From NCBI GenBank assembly GCA_963514005.1, contig OY740811.1, forward strand, positions 11,594,001 through 11,658,000: 64,000 bases of DNA, given 5' to 3'. The stretch's first letter is position 1, and each line of letters begins with the position of its first letter. The position numbers and the translations under genes were made by a program. This document shows positions 12,505 to 24,890 of this stretch, in pieces. The notes beneath the pieces are model-generated. The model made no database searches and was not told the DNA's origin. It saw nothing but the letters and a program-made list of their open reading frames with translations. The stretch is from Raja brachyura. Taxonomy: Eukaryota.

Positions 12505-13528
12505 CAGGGGTGGGGAACCTTTTCATGTTGGAATGAACATTAAGTCAGTTGTGATCTAATAAAGCTGCACAGAAGAAACTTCAATTAGGTATACTTCAAA
12601 TTGTACATTCATTTGTAAAAATCTAAGTACTAAATTTCAAGAAAATTATTAAAAATTGTTAATTCTAAAGTTAACTAACCTCTTAACGATTTTGTTGTGA
12701 ATGCTTTCTAGAGTCTAGTCACATTAGAACTAAATCATGAGTTCAACAAGTGTTAAAATAGCCCTCGTGACTTACTAATGTTTTAATTGTAGCCGTCAAT
12801 CAGGGAGGATTATTTAGTTGAATCTTCTTTTACTCTTTGGTATTTAAAATACGTTCATTTTGGTCTCCAAATCTGAGGAAGGACATTATTGCCATAGAGG
12901 GAGTGCAGAGAAGGTTCACCAGATTGATTCCTGGGATGTCAGGACTGTCTTATGAAGAAAGACTGGAGAGACTCTGTTTATACTCTCTAGAATTTAGGAG
13001 ATTGAGAGGGGATCTTATAGAAACTTACAAAATTCTTAAGGGGTTGGACAGGCTAGATGCAGGAAGATTGTTCCCGATGTTGGGGAGGTCCAGGACAAGG
13101 GGTCACAGCTTAAGGATAAGGGAGAAATCCTTTAGGACTGAGATGAGGAGGACTTTTTTCACACAGAGAGTGGTCGGTCTCTGGAACTCTCTGCCACAGA
13201 GGGTAGTTGAGGCCAGTTCATTGGCTATATTTAAGAGGGAGTTAGATGTGGCCCTTGTGGCTAAGGGGATCAGAGGGTATGGAGAGAAGGCAGGTACGGG
13301 ATACTGAGTTGGATGATCAGCCATGATCATATTGAATGGCGGTGCAGGCTCGAAGGGCCGAATGGCCTACTCCTGCACCCAATTTCTATGTTTCTATTTT
13401 AAGATTAAAATAAAAAATAAATAAAATACGAATAAAAAATATATTCATAAAAGATTTGTTCCACAAAATTTGGATTCATTCAAAAGTCCGCACTTAAAGG
13501 CCTAGAAGGCCACAGGTTCCCCACCCTG
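12505..13528. mobile_element. Non-autonomous hAT DNA transposon containing a nested CR1
   Basis: TIRs caggggtggggaacct / aggttccccaccctg and a perfect 8-bp TSD atctaaac at 12497-12504 and 13529-13536. Confidence 0.9.
12857..13398 (+). mobile_element. Young CR1 LINE 3' end
   Basis: Uninterrupted frame FWSPNLRKDIIAIEGVQRRFTRLIPGM...LEFRRLRGDLIETYKIL...WNSLPQRVVEA, followed by the 3'UTR and a tttctatgtttcta tail. Confidence 0.95.
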
Positions 13529-13654
13529 ATCTAAACCATTCATAAGTAACCGCATTTCCAGTAAGTCGTTACACCCCGAAGCAGCTCGATAGTACAATGG
13601 TAACACATTCAGTTTAAGAAGTGTTCTCCAGAAGGTGAGAATTCACTTGTTAAA

Positions 13655-13865
13655 TGGGGAGACACAGCAGCACAACAGGAGAGCTGCTTCCTTACAGCAT
13701 CAGAGACCCAGGTTCGGCCATGACCACCGATGCTGTCTAAATGGAGTTTGTATGTTCTCCCTGTGCCCGCATGGGTTTCCACACTATCTCTATAGCCCAT
13801 ATGGTCATCTTAGTTGGCATGGACAGATTGGGTTAAAGGACTTGTTTCCATGCTGTATGACTGAC
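13655..13865 (+). mobile_element. Degenerate V-SINE
   Basis: gagctgcttccttacagcatcagagacccaggttcgg...ggagtttgtatgttctccctgtg. Confidence 0.7.
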
Positions 13866-14085
13866 TACACGTTGCCATGACAAGACAATACTTGGCTGCA
13901 ATATTATGAGCTAGAAATGATTCCTAATTCCAAAGTTGCAGTTTTCCACAAATGTTTTAGGGTTGATGAGACCCTATAGTGTTTCAACATCTATAACATC
14001 GTTTGCATTCTGTGACAATCATTCACCAAGATACGGTCTAATTATTTAGTGGTTGCACTCAGTAGAAACACTCTTGTGGAATCTT

Positions 14086-14185
14086 AGTCTGAAGAAGAAG
14101 GGTCGCGACACTAAACATCACTTCTTCATGTTCTCCAGAGACACTGCCTGACCTGCTCAGTTACCCCAGCACTGTCTTTTTGTAG
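14086..14185 (+). mobile_element. Penelope pLTR fragment
   Basis: agtctgaagaagaagggtcgcgacactaaacatcac...ctgcctgacctgctcagttaccccagcac. Confidence 0.65.
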
Positions 14186-14847
14186 CTCAAACTCCTGTAG
14201 CCTAGTCCAACAGTTTAAAGGATGGATTAAGATTGCAGTTTCAAACCAAGCCTTGGTATTCAATGCTGATCATGTTCAGTGGCTGCTGGTGCTGTGCACA
14301 ACATGTGTTTGATTCTGTTGAAATAACGTTGCTACACTTTTGGGAGGTGCCACTGGAATGCTGCAGTACCTCCAAAATATGCAAACTACACAGCAAGTGG
14401 TTAAAGAAAGACAAGAGAACAGCGAGTCCAAGTATTACAGTTCTGGCCTGTACTTGTTCATCCGTTACGTCATTACTGCCAGGTTAAACTGTGCAACCCC
14501 AGCATCTCTCAAGAGTACAAAGAATGACACAATAAAGTGAAGCAAGTTGTTGGCCGTTTAAGCAATTCAGAATAAGTTGTGAAAGTTCAAGTGCAACTCT
14601 TTAAACTTTGCCACAAAGGATGCTGTAATTCAGTTGGTGACTCGCTGAGAAGGCAATGGTGAGCAAAACTAACATTCCATCAGCCCCCAAGTCAAAATCA
14701 AACTTTCTTTTAAAGAGCCAAAAAGATTGAACAAAACAGCTAAACATCCTCCATTCCAGTCTTCACTTTTTGAATTTTACCAGAAAAAAAAATGAAAGGG
14801 CAAAGAATAATTAAAAACCCCAGAGTGATTTATTTTCATAACTGATG

Positions 14848-15130
14848 CGAGCAGAATTAGGCCTTTCGGCCCATCAAATCTACTCCGCCATTCAATCATG
14901 GCCGACTCAACGCTCCCTCCTAACCCCCATTCTCTTGCCTTCTCTCCATAAAACCGGACACCCACACTAATCAATAAATTTATCTCCACGTTAAAAATAT
15001 CCACTGACCTGGCCTCCACAGCCTTCTGCAGCAATAAATTCCACGGATTCACCACCCTTTGACTAGAGAAATTCCTCCTAAAGGGACGTCTTTTAATTCT
15101 GAGGCTGTGACATCTGGACCTACACTCCAG
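14848..15130 (-). mobile_element. CR1 LINE 3' fragment
   Basis: VVNPWNLLLQKAVEARSVDIF...YGEKAREW plus the CR1 3'UTR. Confidence 0.85.
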
Positions 15131-15169
15131 TTAGAGGTATAAAGTAAAACTTAAAACTACTCACTAATA

Positions 15170-15376
15170 CAGTGCCTCCCCAGATTATGACAGGATTCTG
15201 TCCCATGAACCACTCATAATCCGGACAGTTTGCTAGACAGAAGTCCGCCCACGGAGATGCCAGTTGGCAAAGAATACATACAACAGTCGGCAAATCCATT
15301 CCAATAGTCATCCAAATGTTCAGTAGTATGTCGGGGTTGCACACATGTTAGGCGTTCATAACACGGGGAGAAGCTG
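15170..15376. mobile_element. Tc1/mariner-pogo (Tigger-like) MITE
   Basis: TA-flanked imperfect TIRs: ta|cagtgcctccccagattatga ... tcataacacggggagaagctg|ta. Confidence 0.6.
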
Positions 15377-17886
15377 TATATTTAATGTCAATTCCCAAAA
15401 GAAAGTCACCTTTGGAACAGAATATCCACAAACTACACTGTTCCAGGTTTCTGGATCAATCTATGCATCAAGTACGCATAACAATGTTTGAAAGGAAATG
15501 AATGGATTTTGTGGTGGAAGACTGCCCAGACAACTTTTTTTTTTTTTAAACTTAATGATAGTTGAGGAAGTAAGCACACTTCCAATAGCTAGAACAGTTT
15601 TCTCAGAACTCATCCCTTATTTATGGCACCCAGCCGTGTCATCAGTCTCAACCCAGTCTCCACATTGCCAAGACTACTCCATTAACAACTTGCTCCCAGA
15701 CTAAAAGCATCCAAGCGTCTCAAACCATTGCTTTCAATCCCCAGAATACACGTGACCGTCTGTTGGCAACTCTGATCCTAACTGCTCAGAAACAGTCTCC
15801 TATTTGCCAGAGATGATCCTCCATCTAAAATGTACCACACCAGGAATGTCATTTCTACGGGAGCTTAGCAACACCACTTTTGTCGTAGCCCATTAGCTGT
15901 TCAAATCCACAAACCACTTGTTTTATCAGCATGTCTCACACTGCACCCTTGCACTTCCCCAACTTAATCTCACCTCAACATTTGTCACTGTCCAAGAGCA
16001 TTCTGTTTGCCCGTTACTGTGCCAGCTAGTCCAAACATCCAATTCAAATGCCTCATTTCAAATTGCATTTTTCGTAAAACCGACCCCTCCAACCCCAATG
16101 TAACTTTGTCCAGTCACAATTCATGTTGTGTCCACATTGCTTCAAAGTAGATATCATTTGCCATTTCTAATCCTTTGAAGATGGTCTTCAAGACATCCGG
16201 TTGAGGCTGTACTATATTTTCCTACATTTCCTTGTATAACAAACACATTTGTTTGCAAATACTGAGACTTCAGTATTTGTTAAACCACAGGTTGAATATT
16301 CTGCTGTTTTATTTACCTTGCAGGGTTGCAGATTATATTTAGCACGCAGTTCTGAACATGTCAAATAAGAGCAACATGGCTAATTTGGATTTTGTTCGAG
16401 AATATTTAATACTGAATTCAATTATGCACCCCTCTACAGCATAGAGATTAAACAAATTGTTATGCTGTAAAACATACTCCAATAGGCTTCACAGCTGTAT
16501 TTAAAGTAAACAAAGTCCTGCAAGATGAAGAAATACTAGAGTCGAAATGAAACAGTTACAAGATCAAGAAGCAGGTCATACTGTGATCAGTAATAGTGGG
16601 TAGAAGGGAAGAGATATAACACCATCTAGCTGGTGTGTTATTTTAGATTACCAAGTCTGTAGACTGGATCTAATCGCTAGATTTGACAAGTCTACACTTC
16701 AGACCAGTCTGCTACCTCTTACTCAAGGGCTTTCCCCTAACCCAACTCAAAACTTTCAGCTTGCTTGAACCACATTGGCTCCTCAACTAGAAGACTTAAA
16801 GAAGACTACAAATCTCCTCCAGACTGATCCGAGCACCAATTCTGGCCTGCCAACCGTGACAATTTAAAGTTTCTCCACTCAAAGCAACTGTCCCATCATT
16901 TATGGAGACCAAATGCTCTTGTGTTCTTAGAGATGCAATGGATATTCCTGGTATGATTTTGTGACTGAACTTACACTTGTTTAATTAAACTCCAGACAAA
17001 TAGTTGCTCATTAATGTGCAATGTAACTGCTATATTATTAATTCAAGTTACCAGTGTATGCAGTAGGATCTGTTCCAACTTGAACACCTCTACAGGTGTT
17101 CAAATTAGTTCATCTTTAAAAGCCTTCAGAATCTGACAAAAAGATCATAAAAAACAAATATGCAGTTGCAACTAGGGTGGTCCCCGCTTTCATTTCAGAT
17201 TTGCTCTATAGATTTTGCTTGATTACATTCATTATTCACGGCAGGTGACAAAAATTATTTCTGCAAGGTATTGGAAGAATGTTGCTGCCGACAGAATCAT
17301 GTCACCGTGTGCGTCAATACCCATGGGAGGAGGTGGCAATAAATCTTAACGTCCCATTTATCTAAACTAACTCCACCTGCCCAAATACAAGTCACGTTTT
17401 GGACCATTAAATATTTAATACTGTGCACATGCATGGAGGTGGTCTGGAAAAAGCCATTTCAAAGAGCCACATATTCTACGTTCCCAGAATAAGCAGCATT
17501 TTTCACACCAAAACACCCGTTAATAATTAGAACAAAATCGTTGCTTATCTGACAGAATCAAACCAGACCTGGTATCTAGTTTCTACCCAATGACTCAACT
17601 AAAATGGAGAACTGTATTGTGAACCGTTCCAGCCATAACTCAAAATATGATTGAGCATCATTTCATTTTCATTTAAAATTGACTTAATTTGCAACTTCAG
17701 AAAGGCAATGTATTTCAATTGATTAAAGTGACCATGGGACTAATTAAATAACCTGTATTTGTGAATGGACAAAACATTTGAATTAGTCAGATAATAGGCA
17801 TCAGTTTTCAAACTTGCCTGAAGTTAGACGAGCTGAAAATAAAGGTTGTAATAAATTAGACTCCAAATTCGTGTTAGCTTACTTAC

Positions 17887-18577
17887 GTTCAAGTCCATTG
17901 ATGTAGCGCAGTCGGATTTCACAGTGACCCCAGACGGCACTTACAATAGGATAAAGCTTTTTCCCTTTCAGTCCTCTATATGCTATTCCCAGATAGTGTC
18001 CATCCACCATATAACTCAGAGTTCCTTCGTCCATGTCCAAAACTACTAGGAATGCATCAGGCACAATAAAAGTCTCATGGGGCTCCAGGTAAGCTGGATA
18101 GGTCTGGCTTGGCTGATTTTTGCCATCATAGTATAGTTTGTTACGTCCAAGGTCCCAGCCCCAGGATTCACAATTACTTCCAACAAGTGCCGTGTAACCG
18201 ACAGAGTGCAAAGGAGAATCTCCTGTGGCAACGCCAACCACTGCATGTGTCCCGCGCTGTCTCATTGCCCAAGTAATTTCCCACACGTGTAGTCCTCTGG
18301 TGTATCCGACCTTGCCTCGTATGCCATCGGTACTCTGCGCCACTGGATGCCGATGAAATATTAACTTATCATCTTCTTTAACAAATACATTCAATGATCG
18401 GTCATCATTGTTCCACGAGTGCGATAACTGGACCTCGCAGGAAACTGGCGGCATGTCCAGTAGCATGTCCAGCCGAGCTGGCTTACAATAGTCGAGCCCC
18501 TGCTGCTCATGTCGAAGGGGCCTGTAAGGATCTCTCACATCCACAGTCTTGAGTCCAACAGCAACTCGTTGTCCCAT
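17887..18577 (-). CDS. SPSB1: SPRY domain-containing SOCS box protein 1, first coding exon (SPRY/B30.2 domain)
   Basis: Translation [33 protein letters not shown]...[11 protein letters not shown]...RGLHVW...[13 protein letters not shown]...SWGWDLGRN...LDMDEGTLS...[14 protein letters not shown] closely matches vertebrate SPSB1 as I recall it. Strong Kozak context (ttcaccATGG). Donor GAAC|GTAAGT at 17887/17886, phase 1. Confidence 0.96.
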
Positions 18578-18718
18578 GGTGAAACTTCAGAGCAGAAAGA
18601 AAAGGAGCCAAACAACCAAACCTCCTTTCACCCAGCCTTCCAATTCGCTCGGCCTCAAATCAAACTCTCTCAAGTCGGTCAAAAACATCAGGCAAATGGA
18701 AATATTTAGCTTCACTTC
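18578..18718 (-). other. SPSB1: 5'UTR portion of the first coding exon of SPSB1
   Basis: Plausible acceptor tgtctttttaatgtgcttctatcattcag|GAAG at 18719/18718, 141 nt upstream of the ATG. Vertebrate SPSB1 has a non-coding first exon far upstream. Confidence 0.7.
18587..18688 (-). other. Upstream ORF, 33 aa (MFLTDLREFDLRPSELEGWVKGGLVVWLLFFLL*)
   Basis: ATG at 18688-18686 and TGA at 18589-18587, in the same frame as the main ATG and ending 9 nt before it. Translation is not demonstrated. Confidence 0.5.
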
Positions 18719-19039
18719 CTGAATGATAGAAGCACATTAAAAAGACACATCAAACATTCATTCTTCAGATATTGTTTGCAAGACAATTCTACAGCTAATA
18801 TTCATACAGAACTTGCTAATCAAAAACATTAAACACAATTGAAAAGTTAACCAAAAATAAAATAGGGACTTCTCTGGGAGAGAGGCAGCCAAGATATTTA
18901 TCAAGCCAGGGCAATGCCTCCATTAAGCCCTCTAAGAACGTGTTTCAAAAGAGGTCACTTCATTTTAAGCCCTGGTAAAACAGACTTAGTTTAACAATCT
19001 CACCCCGCTGCCATCTCCAGAACCAGTCGAGGGAATCTT

Positions 19040-19265
19040 CACTGCACTGCTCATGGCAAGCACAACCTTTTTGGGCAAAATGGTGCACAACGCTGAAGGT
19101 GTAGTCTCAATGCAAACCTATAATTGTAACATGACATTTTGCCCGCACCCAAATCTTGTCGTAGGCCAACATGCCATTTGCCTTCATAATTACTTGCTGC
19201 ACACGCACATTTGTTTACAAGTAAACCCAAGTACCCTTCATTCACAATGCTCAATCTTGGCACTT
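19040..19265 (-). mobile_element. Old CR1 RT fragment
   Basis: Degenerate match to the CR1 ORF2 region (ggccaacatgccatttgccttcataatta). Confidence 0.45.
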
Positions 19266-22200
19266 ACAAACACTGCTTTTGTTTTGTGCAAAGTGAGTAA
19301 CTCAATTATTTCCATCTTATATTACTCCTGGCCATTTATTGGCTGTGTTCCCTTAAAATCTCAATTTTCACCTCTGTGCCCAATCCCATCTAGTTTAGTG
19401 TCAACCTGAGAAATAAGGCAAAAAGGGACCAAAGGTCAAACTGCAAATAGCTGGGGCTCCAAGCACAGATTCCTCCAGACTCTCACTTCTCATCCAAGAT
19501 CCATTTCTTCCTACCCAGACTTCTCCAATAACTTTTTCTCAATTCCTTTCAATAATTACCCCTCTTGCCCTTTGTTGACCATGTTTGTGCATGGGATTGT
19601 GTTGGAAGCCTTGAACCCAAACATATTACAACTGGTTCCCTTTATATATATTCTACTGGGAGTTTACTCAAGCCATTCCAGTAGATTAGTTAAGTCTGGT
19701 TTCATGGATCCATGCTGATTCTGCTCAATCTTAATGTGTTGTCGAGTGATATCCTACTTTGCAGACATTAGACCATATACCCAGTTCTCCATTTACAAAG
19801 GACATATTTGCAACCCTCCAAATCTAGCATGCCAGAATCTATCGAATTTGCGTGACCAGCAGAGTGATCACTCTCTGAAGTTAGCCCTTTCAAATCTCCA
19901 GAATGCAAAGTCCAGAATTTAGAATGAAAATGTTTTAATTTACATGTTTTCACATGATTAATTAGGGCTGCTACTTTTCTTCAAGCTTCCACCGCTTTTG
20001 CACTATGAAAAGGCAAGGTGATCATCACTAAAGGAATGACCCAGACCTTGATTATGCCAGTCAAGAGACTCCCCAACAGAACACTCATGTTAACAGTAAG
20101 ACACACCAAATAGTTTTTACAAGTTATTTTTTAAAAACTTAATGCAATGAACTGGCATACCTCACATTGCTTTAATCCCCACTGCGCCAAAACATGCTTT
20201 CAAATGATCTGGAAAGAAAACAAAAAAATCAAAACCAAGACAACACATTCATCATTAGCGAATTCAGTCTATTTATATTTAGCAGAAGATGAATTGAAAC
20301 CAATTAATATAGTGCAGCACATACTAAGTACTCTCTGCTTTGAAAGTCTTTAACTGCAAAGTATTTAAAGCTAACATTGCAAAATAACAATTTAAAGAGC
20401 AACTCTTCTACAAAAATTAAAGTCAAGATGAAGCAGACATTACCAAAGATAGCTTTAAAATGTGGTTAGGAGAACAGACATGTCCCATCTGCAATACTGG
20501 CAAAAGTGCTCTTAGTAAGGAATCTACGTACTAGCAATTAAATAGGCATGACAGTGTGCATGTATATTAGGTATAGGTTACGTCAGTATTTGACAAGACA
20601 CGCCCATTCTTCAGGGCGAAAGAGTAGACTATTCATCAGGACAAACCCAACGTGGCCTGAACAATCGAGACGGAAACAAAACAGTGATACTAAACTTGCT
20701 AAACTTCTTGCATGGCTTAGGCTAACTAAATTGTTATAGCTTTTTAGATAAAGAAGATCGCTTGGAGAATTAGGTGATCGACTGGTGATACTTGCAGCAA
20801 AACCTCCCTAAATGCTTATCCTGGAATGCTATACAGACAGGCAATACTAGTTCTAATAGATTAAACACTTCATTCTCAACCATCCAGTAAATCTGGAACT
20901 TAAACTTCACATGACCTACTGCTACAAAGCAGCTAATGTATTAGAAGGCATGAAGAACTATAAAGTGCACCTTTCAACATAGATTGCAAACATAAAAACT
21001 ATTAACAAGTGTCAAGCTAAATATGCTAAATATTTGCAGCATATTTCAGCACATGCCTCTGACCCCTCTCCCACCCCCACAAAAGATATCACCAATCCCA
21101 TTATCATAGCTGTTTATTTTTATAAAGGAGCATAGTAGAAGTCCAAAGTGATATGCAATATTTAGGATTAACTATGCAATCTCCGCTTTAACTGTGCAGA
21201 GAATTCATACAGGCCTCCTCGAACCAAGGCATAGACTCATAAAAAGGAGTTTATTAACAATGGATAATGATTGGAATAATTTACAAAGGCTTTGGGAATA
21301 GATAATATCTACCAGTTAACGCTGCTGAAGGTGCACACAAAACATGTTACTATACAGTGCAATATCCTGCAACTGCATTCATTTTTATTCTTGCAACTTA
21401 AATTAGTAGAAGCACCAGCATTGAAAGACTTGTCACAAAATTCAAACTACAAAGTGGATACAAAACCAGTGCAACTCTAGCCAAAACTGGATAGGGTAGC
21501 ATACACATGGTCTGGTTTATTCACATACTGGGGAGATTGTAATCTAAAAATCAACAAAGCCCAAGATGAAAGCTCATTCATTTTATCTTTTACCAATCCC
21601 CAGTTGAGATTCACCGGGGAGGTCAAAATACCCGACAGGTTCTTTCCAGACCAACTACAAATGAAAATGTTTAATTTGGTCATAGAAAATGCATATCAAA
21701 TTATAATTCTTACTGCCTTGCAGTACTGCGCGAATGAATAAAATTGACTAATTTTGCAGTTTATCTGTTTCCCCACATTGCATTCCGCAAGAAAACAAAT
21801 TTATTTGGTATAAAACAGATTCTGGTTTATACCAAAGATAGACAAAGTGCTAGAGTAACTCTGCGGTCAGGCAGCATCTATGGTGAAAAGGGGTGAGCAA
21901 CATTTGGGCTGGGACCATTCTTCAACACGTAGTAATATGCAAATTCAATTTGGGCAAGACTCCATTATCTGAAGAAGGGTCGCCTGTACTAGCCCTTCAA
22001 GCTAGTTGTCAAGTTACCATGTCTTGCTACAGTGACCTCAAGCAAAGATTTGAGAATTTGAACACACTATTTGTGTTGTGGCATCTTGCAGCACAACAAG
22101 TTCATAACTTCACAGCAAAGGTGAAGGCTCACCATTAGAAACAAATATTACGCTGGATAATTGAATACATACAGCAGGACAAATGCCTATCTACCTAACC

Positions 22201-24619
22201 AGAGTCTGATGGGACATTTTAAATGACATTAAAAAAGTTTAAGTCCTTATCATCAGCTCACCTCAACTCTGCCATTGGATCAATCAAGCTACAAGCTGCT
22301 GCCAGTAGGTTATTTGGCCACTAATTTGCCTGGGTGCAAGTTAATGATGGAAATCTGCGTAGATTTAGACCATGTGGACAGAATAAAGTGGGCTTTATGT
22401 AGAATTAGTGTTGATGCACGGCTGGCCAGCATAACTGTAGTCAGTTTGTGTTGCATCTCTACGACTACCAACTGATCCAAAATAGCCTGCAGAGCAAAGG
22501 CTTATATTCCTCAATGTAAAGCCAGACAATAAATCATGCCCAACAGGACTTGAACAGGGTGTTTGGCAGTGATCAGAACTTAATTTTATACACTCCCAAT
22601 CCTCAAATAAATTCAAGGGGTGGACTCAAACGCAGCAGCCACTGAAGCATCCATCTGAAAGAGGAAACAAAGAAAAATCTTGCAATTCTACGGTGTGCAT
22701 GTGGTCAGCCTTGGTTAAATAATGGCGTTTCAACAAATTCATGTGCAGTCTTTCCTTCATTCCTTCCATTTTGACAAAAAGTTTGAATTGCTTTGAACAA
22801 ATATCCCGGACCAATTTAAGAATTCACAAGTGGCTTGATAGCTTCAGAATTCCCCACCCCTGCATGCAGTTAGCATATTAATTTAGTAATTCCAAAAGTC
22901 ATACAACTAGTTTTAATTAAATGGTTTGTAATACAATCTACTAAAATAAAGTGATTTAGGAGATTGGATCTTTTGCACGATATCATTTTACATGAAGTCA
23001 AATTCAAGTCATCCAAGGGAATTTCAAAGTTTGTTTGCGCACTAAGAAATCTACTGTATTGCCAATGTATGATCAGGTAACTACAGAGACTGGAATTCTG
23101 AAATGGAGACCAATGCTGTGGGGGGGGGGGGGGGGGGGGGGGGGAGAGCAATCGACAGATGAGGCAGGATATGGGAAGAGTTAAATGTTTCATGAAACAC
23201 AAGAAACTACAGATGCTGGAATCTTTAGTACAAAAACTGGAGGAATTCAAGTCAGGCAGCATCTGTGGAGGGAAATGGATAGATTATATTTTAGTTAGTC
23301 CTGACCCAGTCTGTTCATTTCCCTCCACAGATGCTGCCTGGACTGTTGTTACTGCTCCAGTGGTGTCTGGAACATTAACTGTTTTTTCACAAATGCTGCA
23401 GGAACTGTTGAGTACTTCCAGCATCTTTTGTTCTTATTAAAATTTAAAATAGATCGACATAAACCAGCTGCACAATTGCAATAAAATGGCATTTAAATCA
23501 AACTTCAAATAGTCTATTTTAAATCACAGGCAGTTAGCTACAATTGCTGCAAGACAAGGCAAAAATCCTTGCATTAAGTTAGGAGGGATTCCCCCATTCT
23601 AACATAGAGGTTCTGAAAGCAACACATTTACATTTGGATCCCAAAATGATTGTCGCCAAATCATTTCTGAACTGCAGTCCTACCACAGGAAGAGTGCAAA
23701 CAATTAGTATGTTTCATGGAACAGTTTCAGTCACTCTTTCTACGAGGACTTCTGGCCAGGAAACAGACTCCTTTCGTAGAAACCAGGAACTGGAAATGTT
23801 GGTTGGCAAAGAAAAGTGCTGGAGAAACTGATCGGGTCAAGCAGCATCTCTGGAGAATACGGAGAGGAAAAGTTTCGGGTTGGGGCCCTTGTTCAGCCAG
23901 CTTGTCTACAATATAGTTATACGGGCATTACTATCAATAACCAACACTAAGGAAACTCTACACCTCTCCAGATGGAAGAGCCAATTGAAGAGGACAGAGG
24001 CAAAGAAAATTTGGCCCAAAGTGGCAAAGAAAAAATCTTGTAATACTAGACTTCAATTTTAATATATTATTATTCCTAAAAGGATACACAATTCCCAAGC
24101 TGTCCTGCTACAAGTTAAAAGTGAGCAAGAACAAAAAAGTTTATCAGCTGTTCGCAACATCTCTGGAGCAGCAATGCCTTTTTTTCAAAAGGTTGGCATC
24201 AAGACCAACTCAAATCCATTCCTTTGGAGTGGCCGCCCCAAGCATTCCCTGCTTAGCATAATGTTAAAGTTCCAAGGTGGTCCCTCAAATGATCACTCAA
24301 TTGACGAGTTTGAGCCATCTTTCACCAAGTCTCCAGCACTGACCAAGAAAAAACAGCCATGCATTTATTTTACACAAATCCACCATAGTGTGACAAATGA
24401 CATGGAGTCAACGCAATCAAAAATCAAAGGACGTAAGAGGACCCTAACAAAGAAATGAACTAGTCTAACTGGCAAAGTGAACATGATACCCAAACGTCAC
24501 TCTGATCAAGCATGAAACACATCAGTTGAAACTATGCTCAGAGGGCCATTCAAAAAAGGCCACTGAATTCTTCATTAAACTAAACAATTTTACACTCAAA
24601 TCTACATTCAGCACCTTTC

Positions 24620-24890
24620 AGTTTAGTTCACTTTAGAGATAAACAGGCCCTTCGGCCCACAGACCCCCGCACACCAATACGATCCGACACACATTAAGGA
24701 CAATTTTTACATTTATACCAAGCCAATTAACCTGCAAACCTGTATGCCTCAAGTATGGGGGAAGACCGTAGGACTCGAAGGAAACCTAGGCAGATCACGG
24801 GGAGAACCTACAAACTCCTTACAGGCAGGTGCTGGAACCCTGGTCTCCGGCGCCGCAAGGTTGTAACTCTAAAGGGACGCCACCGTGCAA
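24620..24890 (-). mobile_element. V-SINE
   Basis: agtttag tail, aaacaggcccttcggcccac and cacggggagaacctacaaactcc, the reverse complement of the SINE body. Confidence 0.8.

Noticed and set aside
17879-18577. Single-exon 232-aa gene, or paralog SPSB4
   Set aside because: A canonical donor and a matching SOCS-box exon exist. Diagnostic stretches ([35 protein letters not shown]) fit SPSB1 better than SPSB4 as I recall them.
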